From Myxococcota bacterium (lineage in GTDB: Bacteria; Myxococcota; SpSt-1050): a DNA stretch of 25,350 nt. The stretch covers positions 1-25,350 of the forward strand of contig JBMFOP010000047.1 in NCBI GenBank assembly GCA_049969675.1, written 5' to 3'. The notes under the pieces were generated by a model that was given only the letters and a program-made list of their open reading frames with translations, was not told the DNA's origin and did not search any database. Numbering within the stretch: the first letter of the stretch is position 1; each line of letters begins with the position of its first letter. This document shows positions 1-8,510 of this stretch, piece after piece. Both the position numbers and the translations under genes were made by a program.

Positions 1-41
1 GGTCTTATGCCCTTGGGTCTTGGATTTGGTCTCCAGTTCAT
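1..41 (-). CDS. 5' end of an unidentified gene downstream of pilY1 (MNWRPNPRPKGIR..., runs off the window)
   Basis: ATG at 41-39 with AAGGAGG RBS at 54-48, 21 nt after the pilY1 stop; frame open to the window edge. Not in the supplied ORF track. Confidence 0.7.
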   Translation of the reverse strand, partial: MNWRPNPRPKGIR

Positions 42-62
42 AGCAAACCTCCTTATTGATGT

Positions 63-3000
63 TTATCTCTCAAGCCAGAAGATTATTCTTCCGACCATCA
101 TACCAGCAGTTCCGGTGGGCAGCCCAAAATCTGCTCCAGTCCCTCTTATGTACTGTCCTGTTGAGGTCTGAATCATAAGTTCTACTGAGCCCTGTTGCTG
201 TCCTGCACCTGTTCCGGGCTTACGAGTTACTATCTGTGGTTTTGAAGGGAGCCCCCTTCCAACCTGTAATCCACTCCAGAGTATATTTGCCCTTGCATTA
301 TCTGTGGTTATCTGATTTAGACCACCGGTTGTAAAGTCCACCACCCTCAACTTTGTATCACCCACATAAGCCCTCTCCACAAATGCCTTGTCCCAATTTC
401 CACCAACGATATCATCTCTGGGCAGGAATGTTGTGATAAAGACATTAAATGCAAATGCTACAGGTGCCGTCAACACCTTCTCTCCCGGATTCAACTCAAA
501 GTACCACCCCTGTGGGTCATATGCGGCGGTGGCTGGATTTGTAACCTTAGAAAGGTCATTCTCTACAAGAGTTGAGGCCGTTGGGTCATCCTCTATTACA
601 TCCCTTATCCCGTAGAACTTCATAATCTTTTCATTTTCTTTATAAAGCACATTGGACTTATCCCCTGCCCCAATAAAGACATAGACCTGTTCAAAACTAT
701 TGACTGCGACCGATGGTGGTGCCCAGAATGTCTGCCACTCTTTATCTGATCCATAAGCACCTGAACAACAGTTGCAATTCCAGGCACACCTTTTTTTACC
801 AACTTTCTGTCCACAGGCGAGTGTGCCTCCACAACCCACACAGTCTCTACACTTTTTATCCGAGCAGGGCTTCTTCTTGCCCGGCTTTGCCGCCACCGCT
901 GGGGCGGCAAATAATCTATTCCCCTTCCAACAATTAGATGTAATCGCCCCACCACAGGTGCGGACATAACCCCCAGAGATAGCCCCAAATTGAGAGAGGT
1001 CAAATCTCCATACCTGACCCCCAAGGTCACCTGTATAGACAGTCTCAATATATCCATCTCCATTTTTATCATAAGCCTTCACCTGAGATGCAAGGGCATA
1101 TCTCATAAATCTCCTGTCATCTGTTGCGGATGGGTCAAATCCATATTCCCATAATTTCTGCATTGTCTTTAAATCAACTACAAGTAGTCCCCGACCCGCG
1201 AGTTGACTATTACTTGTATCATAAGTTGGGTCACCACCAGATTCAGCAGTTGGGTCACTCTGAGGTGAATAACCTGCACCAAATATCGCCACCCATCTCT
1301 CTCTCTGAGATACACCACTATCACAGTTTCCAACATCTGTGCATATCCTGACCTTCCCGATGGCTGGGGTGGATGTGGTAAATCCTAAATATCTACTGGT
1401 ATTTACCCCCTCTGAATCTGAATAATTGAACTCTCCTACAAATACTGGCTGAACTGGATTATCTACATCTGTAGATACCCTTGTTACATCAAGGGCAAAT
1501 ACTGATTTACCACCGAGTCCGAGTCCAGAGACCAGATAGGTCTTCCATTCACAGGATGCATAAGTATATGGCCAGGGGCAATCTTTGGTTATGTCATTTG
1601 TGTTGCTATAAATCCAGACATCAGCCACCTGTGGCGTTGCATCCACAAAATACCTTCTATACAGGACATCGGAATTAATATACTTACCGCCATCCCAGTT
1701 TGCAGTACCACTTATGTATGGAACTCCGGTGTCCCACGAGAAATATTTCTTACCCTGAGCCCAGGATGGAACAATCTCCCTCAATTGAGAGAGCACTGCA
1801 TTTGGGACATAAGACCAGATCTCCCTGCCGGAATTGGGTACATTGACATATGTACCGGGCGAGGTAATGGTGCCATTTGCATTATTAACTGTACAGCCAG
1901 ATGTCTCTGCGACATATATTGCGTGCAACTGCCCATCATTGGCTCCCATATAGAGGACCTTGGGTCTGCAGAAATTACCGGCTGTAAAATTTGCATATGC
2001 AGGGTCTGTTGTCTGCTGACCGGTATTTAGATTGGCCACACTTATATCTGAATAAAATAGATTAGGCCTTCCAACAAGGACCGGGTCATTCCTGACATCT
2101 CCTAAGACCCAGGAGACCAATCTTGAACCACCATCCCAGTATCCTCTAATACCTTTGTGAATTATCTCCAATAGATGACCTCTCTCATCGGACCCGTTAT
2201 ATAATAACCCAAGGTCAGATGCAGTGATTGCCGCATTATCAAGCCTGTATAAATTGGCACCTTTACTCGTATATATCCTTCTTGATGTGGCTGGATTCCC
2301 TCCTACCCACGAACCGATTCCGCTTCCGGCATCCCAGAGTGCGGAGCTTGAATTGATATGTCTCCCCTCAGAGAAAACTACGCTTACCGGCACCACAGGC
2401 AATGGGCATGTGTTTTGATCTCCGAATCTATATGCCACCAGATGACCTTCAAACATAGTGGAGGTGGTAGGTGTAAAGAAGGATGCAATATATCTGTTCC
2501 CACCACAATCCCACGGTTCAAATGGATCCACATCCAGAACAGGTGAGGCGAGCCAGTACGATTCATTTATATCAACATTTCTGCTCCATAGACTATTGAA
2601 ATAGTGATGAACTGCCCTCGCTACTCCTCTCAAACACTCTGGATTTGTAGAGTTCTGACAGTCATATCCAAAGGTATCATCTGCATTTGCCGGTGAAAGG
2701 GTTTTGTAAGTCTTGCCCATCCCGTACTGTCCGGCCATCTCATAGACCTGCGCATCTTTATCACCGATGATGATTACATCAGTTGCAACATTCTGCCTTC
2801 TGCAATTTGTCTGGTGATTGGTAGGTAGATATGGGCACCTTGCACCCCAGTATGTCTGAGGGTATGGGTTGGGGTTTGCTCCATAAATAGCATCTGCATC
2901 CGGTATAAGGTCGTATCGGGCGAGATATGTCGCCACATCGTCCAGATAGTGGGTTCCGTTGTTTGGGAAGATGACAGGTCCATCTGCCCCATCTCCATTC

Positions 3001-3971
3001 TGGTCGCCGATGGTACTGAGGATTGTATCCTGATCCTGTGATGGATGCTGTGTAACAAACGCCAGAATGAAGGATTTATTCCCGAGATAAGATTGGTTGG
3101 TGAGGTCATAGGCAAGGGATGAGATATTTCCATTTCCCCACGGTGTTGGATAGGTGGGGACATTCGGACTGAAGTATGGCGCTATCCCCATAAAGTAGTT
3201 TCTAATCTCTACAAATGCCTCAGCAATTGGAAACCACCCCTTGGGCAGTCTATTAGAAGATGGGGTATTGAGAAACAGGTCTTCAATTGAATTCACTGTA
3301 AAGTTTGGGTCCCGATTGCTACTTGTAATATATTGCCAGATACTTCCCCCTCTGCCATCATTTGTTGTTGGGAATCTATAATTAAATGCAGCATGCCCAT
3401 ATCTGTAATCGTTCCCAAACATATCAGCCCTGAGATATCCCAATTGGGCATTTTGTGCATTTCGGGTGAGTATAGCGAGTAAAGCTGCATAATATGTCGT
3501 AAAGTAATAATTGAATTCATCAGCGGTATAATTTCTATATGCAAATGTCCTTGAGACATACCCCGGATAAAATCCAGCATTTACGCTTACAGTACATCCT
3601 GCACCTGCATTTGAAAATGTCAGATAAGGTAGTGCAGTCTGTGGAAATAATTTATAAGTATCTGTAAAGAATTTGCCATTGCACTGATTTACATTGAAAT
3701 TTACATTCCCTGTTGCAAGTCCAAAATATCTCCTTGGACAGGTTCCTCCACATGCCGCTGGACAACCACTGCCACCAGTACAATCTATATAAGAATTTCT
3801 TGGATAAGCCCAATCCATCATCGTCTTACTATCGGGAAGAAATACCATTACATTAGGTTTGGCTGGTGCCTGAATGGTAAAGACCTCCTCCATCCCCGCT
3901 CCGGCATAAAGCGATGAAGAGGTAAATAGGAGCCCGACTATTAAAAAAATAAACTTAAATTTCACTCTCAT
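63..3971 (-). CDS. pilY1: Type IV pilus tip adhesin PilY1/PilC-like (signal peptide, vWA-like N-region, C-terminal beta-propeller)
   Basis: 1302 aa; PilY1 motifs LYMGANDGQLHA, GREIWSYVP, YFVDATPQVADV, GLGLGGKSVFALDVT, DKNGDGYIETVYTGDLGGQVWRFDL, GWYFELNPGEKV; GGAGG RBS; follows four pilin-like genes. Confidence 0.93.
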   Translation of the reverse strand: MRVKFKFIFLIVGLLFTSSSLYAGAGMEEVFTIQAPAKPNVMVFLPDSKTMMDWAYPRNSYIDCTGGSGCPAACGGTCPRRYFGLATGNVNFNVNQCNGKFFTDTYKLFPQTALPYLTFSNAGAGCTVSVNAGFYPGYVSRTFAYRNYTADEFNYYFTTYYAALLAILTRNAQNAQLGYLRADMFGNDYRYGHAAFNYRFPTTNDGRGGSIWQYITSSNRDPNFTVNSIEDLFLNTPSSNRLPKGWFPIAEAFVEIRNYFMGIAPYFSPNVPTYPTPWGNGNISSLAYDLTNQSYLGNKSFILAFVTQHPSQDQDTILSTIGDQNGDGADGPVIFPNNGTHYLDDVATYLARYDLIPDADAIYGANPNPYPQTYWGARCPYLPTNHQTNCRRQNVATDVIIIGDKDAQVYEMAGQYGMGKTYKTLSPANADDTFGYDCQNSTNPECLRGVARAVHHYFNSLWSRNVDINESYWLASPVLDVDPFEPWDCGGNRYIASFFTPTTSTMFEGHLVAYRFGDQNTCPLPVVPVSVVFSEGRHINSSSALWDAGSGIGSWVGGNPATSRRIYTSKGANLYRLDNAAITASDLGLLYNGSDERGHLLEIIHKGIRGYWDGGSRLVSWVLGDVRNDPVLVGRPNLFYSDISVANLNTGQQTTDPAYANFTAGNFCRPKVLYMGANDGQLHAIYVAETSGCTVNNANGTITSPGTYVNVPNSGREIWSYVPNAVLSQLREIVPSWAQGKKYFSWDTGVPYISGTANWDGGKYINSDVLYRRYFVDATPQVADVWIYSNTNDITKDCPWPYTYASCEWKTYLVSGLGLGGKSVFALDVTRVSTDVDNPVQPVFVGEFNYSDSEGVNTSRYLGFTTSTPAIGKVRICTDVGNCDSGVSQRERWVAIFGAGYSPQSDPTAESGGDPTYDTSNSQLAGRGLLVVDLKTMQKLWEYGFDPSATDDRRFMRYALASQVKAYDKNGDGYIETVYTGDLGGQVWRFDLSQFGAISGGYVRTCGGAITSNCWKGNRLFAAPAVAAKPGKKKPCSDKKCRDCVGCGGTLACGQKVGKKRCAWNCNCCSGAYGSDKEWQTFWAPPSVAVNSFEQVYVFIGAGDKSNVLYKENEKIMKFYGIRDVIEDDPTASTLVENDLSKVTNPATAAYDPQGWYFELNPGEKVLTAPVAFAFNVFITTFLPRDDIVGGNWDKAFVERAYVGDTKLRVVDFTTGGLNQITTDNARANILWSGLQVGRGLPSKPQIVTRKPGTGAGQQQGSVELMIQTSTGQYIRGTGADFGLPTGTAGMMVGRIIFWLER

Positions 3972-3982
3972 CGGGGCACCTC

Positions 3983-4606
3983 CTACATATAATTACTGGT
4001 TCCGGTCTGAACAGGACCATATTTATAATAAACCATTGATTCAGAAAAAGACCTGTTGGGACCTGCACCAGTGACAATGAAAAAATATACTTTGTGTACC
4101 CATTTATTATCACTGCCAGGTATTTGCATATCTCTCTCCTGATTAACTCTTGCTAACCCATTCTGTGTGGGGTCTAATGGATTGTTGTAATAAAAAGGCA
4201 TCCCGGTAGCGTAATTTGCCATTGGACCGGTTCTAAAGCAACACATCTCATTTAAGGTAGCACCTGCTGGATTGACTGCTGGATCCAGGCAGTTCATAGC
4301 CACCACCTGACATAGTCCGATAACAGGGTGTGTCTGAACCTGTCCCGGATTTGTCCCTGCGGTAATATTAAATGGGATAGGAGTAGTAATAGGGATAGAT
4401 GAATTTACAAGCTGCCTTATAACAGTATGAACCCCGGCCTCGGATGCCATAGATGCAAGTCTCTTTACCCTGTACGCCCTCTCAATATCTTTTTCAATTG
4501 TAGATGTATAAAGTGCCATATATGCAAGTGCAGTTAGCGAAAAGACCATCAGGAGGACCACAAACATAGCAATTCCTTTTTTGTTTAACCGTATAGACAT
4601 AGCCAT
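3983..4606 (-). CDS. pilX: Type IV minor pilin PilX-like
   Basis: Prepilin-like leader NKKG|IAMFVVLL lacking Glu5 (typical of PilX/GspK), followed by ...ASMASEAGV; lies between pilW and pilY1; GGAGGAG RBS. Confidence 0.85.
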   Translation of the reverse strand: MAMSIRLNKKGIAMFVVLLMVFSLTALAYMALYTSTIEKDIERAYRVKRLASMASEAGVHTVIRQLVNSSIPITTPIPFNITAGTNPGQVQTHPVIGLCQVVAMNCLDPAVNPAGATLNEMCCFRTGPMANYATGMPFYYNNPLDPTQNGLARVNQERDMQIPGSDNKWVHKVYFFIVTGAGPNRSFSESMVYYKYGPVQTGTSNYM

Positions 4607-4612
4607 CTCCTC

Positions 4613-5926
4613 CTACTTATCATTGTAATCGTCCTTAAGTCCATAAGTATTTCTGAGAGATTTAATCCCCTGATATAATCTCCATCTATAGCCCGGCCTC
4701 TTATCGCTCAATGTATAACTACCAATCTTTGCACCGCTTGATAGGACATTTGATTCAGAAATTCCAGATATAGCAGTCCCTCCAGATGGGCCCTCTTTCT
4801 GATAATCTGACTTCTCATTTCTTGCCAGCACACTGTACTGAACAATTCTGACATCGGAGGCATTATCAATGGTTGTAAAGTTGAAATCATCAACAAGAAT
4901 CTTCCCCCCATGGTTTGGATTTGCTCTAACGGTACTATCCGGTACATTATTTCCTCCAACCGGCACCCAGAAACCGAAACTAAGTTGTAATGTACCTATA
5001 TTTTCTGCAAGTGGAACAGCCGGCTCAAACAGAAGCGCATTTGCCACCTGTGGCGTAAAATTATCTACCATTAGGACCGGCCTCGGGTCAGATGCATTCC
5101 AGTAAGTAGTATCAACTGCTGGATTTATCATTCTAAATTGTGTAACATATGCCTTAAATATTATCCCCTGCCCTTCCTGATATTGGAAGATGGATGTCGG
5201 GTCATCTCTATGCCTGTATTTTGTTACCACATTGTTTATTCTGTTAGGTTCGGTTGTCTGACACTGAAGTATATAATACTGACCTCTACAAAATGGAGAT
5301 GTACTTCCAGAGAGGGAAGGTGCCACTGTAATCCTGTAAAGTGCCGAATTCCTGAGATTGGAGACAATAATCATATCACCTCTCTGAAACAGATTCCCTT
5401 CACTTGCACAATAAGTAAACTGAAAGTATTGGTTTGAAATCAGATTCCCAGCCTTCTGTGCAAGCCTGACAAAGGGCATCCCTCCATATATAACTGTCAG
5501 GACATCACTGACTGTTGGATTTGCAGGATGTTCCGAGTTTGGAATAAATGTAGGTTGAGTAATCAGAGAATTAACAGCTACATCATTTACACCAAAGACA
5601 CCCTTGGTCATATAGTATTGATTGTTGTTTGGAAGTCCAAGCAGGACATCAGGGACCCTAATTCCAAATTCTATAGGGCTCGTCCTCGTAGCCCTCTGCC
5701 CACCGGTAATACCTGCTCCAGCACTCCTTAGTGCGCTTTCAATATAATCAGCAGCGACCCTTCCATTCTGTTGCATATCTGCGACCTCTTCTTCCATCTT
5801 CGCCGCCTTCTCCTGCGCCAGATATGCACCTGCCACTGACAGCACAAATATTCCAAGTATGGCGGTAGAGACCATTACTTCAATAAGGGTGAAACCTCTC
5901 TCTCCATTTTTATTAAATCTCAGCAT
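4613..5926 (-). CDS. pilW: Type IV minor pilin PilW-like (long form)
   Basis: ERG|FTLIEVMVS N-methylation motif; MQQNGRVAADYIESALRSAG and LAENIGTLQLSFG resemble PilW. Start moved to ATG 5926 (GGAGG RBS, TAATG overlap with the pilV stop) instead of 5965. Confidence 0.87.
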   Translation of the reverse strand: MLRFNKNGERGFTLIEVMVSTAILGIFVLSVAGAYLAQEKAAKMEEEVADMQQNGRVAADYIESALRSAGAGITGGQRATRTSPIEFGIRVPDVLLGLPNNNQYYMTKGVFGVNDVAVNSLITQPTFIPNSEHPANPTVSDVLTVIYGGMPFVRLAQKAGNLISNQYFQFTYCASEGNLFQRGDMIIVSNLRNSALYRITVAPSLSGSTSPFCRGQYYILQCQTTEPNRINNVVTKYRHRDDPTSIFQYQEGQGIIFKAYVTQFRMINPAVDTTYWNASDPRPVLMVDNFTPQVANALLFEPAVPLAENIGTLQLSFGFWVPVGGNNVPDSTVRANPNHGGKILVDDFNFTTIDNASDVRIVQYSVLARNEKSDYQKEGPSGGTAISGISESNVLSSGAKIGSYTLSDKRPGYRWRLYQGIKSLRNTYGLKDDYNDK

Positions 5927-6513
5927 TACTGGCACCTCCCTCTTAATCCATCCCCTAAGTTGCAATATACAAACTTGCTTGCACCCACCTTCTGGCAGGA
6001 GGCAACACTTGCTGAACCCTCTCCTACTTCATTTGCCCCTTTTACATTCTGCCAGGGTCTCCAGTAAACGCACACTGATACTCTATGTATATCCTGAACC
6101 GGGACATTACGGTCAACTCTCCAGACCCTTACATACTGCACCCCGTTAATAGTAATTGTATGCTGGTGGAGCGGATTTGTCCCACCATCTCCCGGGTCAG
6201 CAGGAGGACAGGGGCTGGGATTATCGGGGCAGGGATTTGTAACAGAACCACCCACATTCCCATCCTGAACAGGGATATTATTCCAGCTCACACCCTGATA
6301 TATCTGAAAGAAATTCTCAAGGGCATCCATCGCCAGATTGGTCGCAATAGTCTTTTGACTTGAGACTGTATTTAAAAAAGTAGCCGTTGTGAACATAGGG
6401 AAGACCCCAACGGTCAGGACAACAGTCAGAATAGCACCCGCTACGAGCAGTTCAATCAGAGAGAAACCCCTCTCCCCTTTTATTGCTGGCAATTTGTGCT
6501 CCATCCTGTACAT
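5926..6513 (-). CDS. pilV: Type IV minor pilin PilV-like
   Basis: ERG|FSLIELLVAG motif; ATNLAMDALE and YVRVWRV...VSVCVYW resemble PilV; operon position. Confidence 0.82.
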   Translation of the reverse strand: MYRMEHKLPAIKGERGFSLIELLVAGAILTVVLTVGVFPMFTTATFLNTVSSQKTIATNLAMDALENFFQIYQGVSWNNIPVQDGNVGGSVTNPCPDNPSPCPPADPGDGGTNPLHQHTITINGVQYVRVWRVDRNVPVQDIHRVSVCVYWRPWQNVKGANEVGEGSASVASCQKVGASKFVYCNLGDGLRGRCQ

Positions 6514-7232
6514 AGTCTCACCTTACCTGTAAAGGTTATTACATCAATCATATACTGGTCTGCAATGTTATTAAGCGTCCCGCTCCCTCTAATCTCATAA
6601 TTGGAGGTCATTGATGTATTATTTCCAATGTAAATCCTGAATCGCCCTCTATCTTCATTTATATTTCCAGTGTATCTTGACATCGTTCCGTCTGGCCTGC
6701 ATCTAAAAGCCTCAACCGAATTCTTCTGGGTTGGGACATTTGGGCAGATATTATTGGGACAGGGTTCCACAGAATAAATATCTACATATATTGAGCCAAT
6801 AGCCTCAGTTCTGAACCTGCCTTGAAGCCCCTGTATAAATGACAATCTCGGACCAAGATTATTAAAAGGTCCCTTAAGTCCGGTTGGTTCTGGTGCACTC
6901 TCATTCCCCCATCTAACTGATGTATTGGCACGGGTAGGAGCCATAGAGAAACCATCTCCACTGTAAAGAGAGATTCCATTTGGGGCTATCCCACCATCCC
7001 GAGTGGCGTAAGTATTTGAATCGTCCAGATTCATTACAAAGAGATGGTCAACTGTATTGGCTATTGCCCTGACTCTGCAGAGTCTGAGATTACGCGCGAC
7101 CTCCTGTGCATATGACTTTGCATCAATAGAGTTGACTGTGGGGGTTAATGCCGAAACAGAGATAGCAGCCAGAATCGCAAACATAGCCACAACTATCATC
7201 ATCTCAAGTAGTGTAAAACCTTTTTTATTCAT
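6480..7232 (-). CDS. Type IV minor pilin FimT/FimU-like
   Basis: MNKKG|FTLLEMMIVVAMFAILAAI motif; AQEVARNLRLCRVRAI resembles the FimT/GspH helix; first gene of the cluster. Confidence 0.82.
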   Translation of the reverse strand: MNKKGFTLLEMMIVVAMFAILAAISVSALTPTVNSIDAKSYAQEVARNLRLCRVRAIANTVDHLFVMNLDDSNTYATRDGGIAPNGISLYSGDGFSMAPTRANTSVRWGNESAPEPTGLKGPFNNLGPRLSFIQGLQGRFRTEAIGSIYVDIYSVEPCPNNICPNVPTQKNSVEAFRCRPDGTMSRYTGNINEDRGRFRIYIGNNTSMTSNYEIRGSGTLNNIADQYMIDVITFTGKVRLCTGWSTNCQQ

Positions 7233-7286
7233 AGCTAACTCCGTAATTTTTCAACCATAGTATAAATATGGTATATCACCGGTTTA

Positions 7287-7301
7287 TCAACATTTATACC
7301 A
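7287..7301 (-). promoter_or_regulatory. Candidate sigma54 (-24/-12) promoter of the minor pilin operon
   Basis: Minus strand TGGTAT-AAATG-TTGA against consensus TGGCAC-N5-TTGC. Spacing is exact but the -12 element is GA rather than GC. About 55 nt upstream of the ATG. Confidence 0.5.
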
Positions 7302-7337
7302 ATTTTTCCTAATTTCACCAAGAATTTTATCAAGTAA

Positions 7338-7350
7338 TATCAATCAGTTA
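7338..7350. promoter_or_regulatory. IHF binding site
   Basis: TATCAATCAGTTA exactly matches WATCAANNNNTTR, is flanked by AT-rich DNA, and lies just upstream of the candidate sigma54 promoter. Confidence 0.55.
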
Positions 7351-8194
7351 GAAAAAAGAGCCAGATACATCTTTTAACAACCACCAAACTTTGCACAGAG
7401 ATACGCAAAAAAATTCACATCCAATCTATCTCATATCTAATCTACCTGACACATTTATATCTCCTTAGTTTCAAATCAATAAAGTTTCAAAAAATTGCAA
7501 ATATTTTTATAGCGCATCCCTAAATCTTCGGAACTTATGAGAAGAACCTGATCATTCCTCATAAAATTACTGCTGTCCAAAATAATCGGCTTTGAGAAGT
7601 TGACTGTTTGTAAAATAAAGACTCTGGATGAGTAAATCTATATTCTCAAAATCAGGTCATCCTCCACCATTAATATTATCTATTGAAGATGCTGTACAAT
7701 TTCATATCCTTTAGTAAGGGCTAATAATCATTAGCTCCTACAATTGCTACATCTTGCACAATAGGTAAAATCTCATAGAGTTTACTTGTCCATCTCCATA
7801 AATTTTTGTATAATAAACCCCAGTTAGAAAACCCGGAACCTGTTCCGTCTCACATTAAATGTTACAATAAGCCAATAAGGATTTCTCTTCCATTTGAATA
7901 GCTTTGCTCTATGGTCATTGTAGTATTTAGTGACTTCCCCCAAACATTCAATGTTCTGATTAATTGATAGGGGAAATCTACTTAATGAATGAGTCAGTCC
8001 TAATAACATTGACACAAATTACCCTTGAGAGATAAATCCATTTATTTCTCTTTCTGCCTTTATCTCTCTACTTATAAAGCACCTTCTTTTAAAATATTTG
8101 TAGAATTTTTCAAAAACTAAGGCGATAAATCCTTCTCTTCAAAATTCAATATCTAAAAAGTCCAAAATTAAAATTTATTCTGAATATATGTGAT

Positions 8195-8470
8195 TTAATA
8201 TCTGATCTCAAAATCAGTATAATTTAATGGCTCTACCTCTTCCAATACAAACTTCTCTACCTTTGCAAGATATGGCCCTTTTCTGCACCAACTGATAAAT
8301 TTATCTACGGATTCTAACTCTCCTTCCGCATATCCCTCCACACTACCGTCTGAGAGATTCCTAATCCATCCACCAATATTTAGATGTTTTGCCTCTTTGA
8401 GCGCTGAATATCTATATGATACCCCCTGAACAATTCCATAAACTCTAAATTTTACTGCCTTCTTCTCCAC
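8195..8470 (-). CDS. acyP: Acylphosphatase
   Basis: VYGIVQGVSYR, GWIRNLSDGSVE, WCRKGP, FEIRY motifs; GTG start with GGAG RBS. Confidence 0.95.
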   Translation of the reverse strand: MEKKAVKFRVYGIVQGVSYRYSALKEAKHLNIGGWIRNLSDGSVEGYAEGELESVDKFISWCRKGPYLAKVEKFVLEEVEPLNYTDFEIRY

Positions 8471-8510
8471 CCAATATCTCCAAATTAAAAAAGTAGACTT
8501 TGCTATCTCG

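Noticed and set aside
5927..5965. Longer PilW start from the ORF track
   Set aside because: ATG 5926 has the RBS, couples to the pilV stop and gives a normal prepilin leader.
7824..8015. 63-aa intergenic ORF
   Set aside because: GTG start with no convincing RBS and no motif; treated as part of the unexplained gap.
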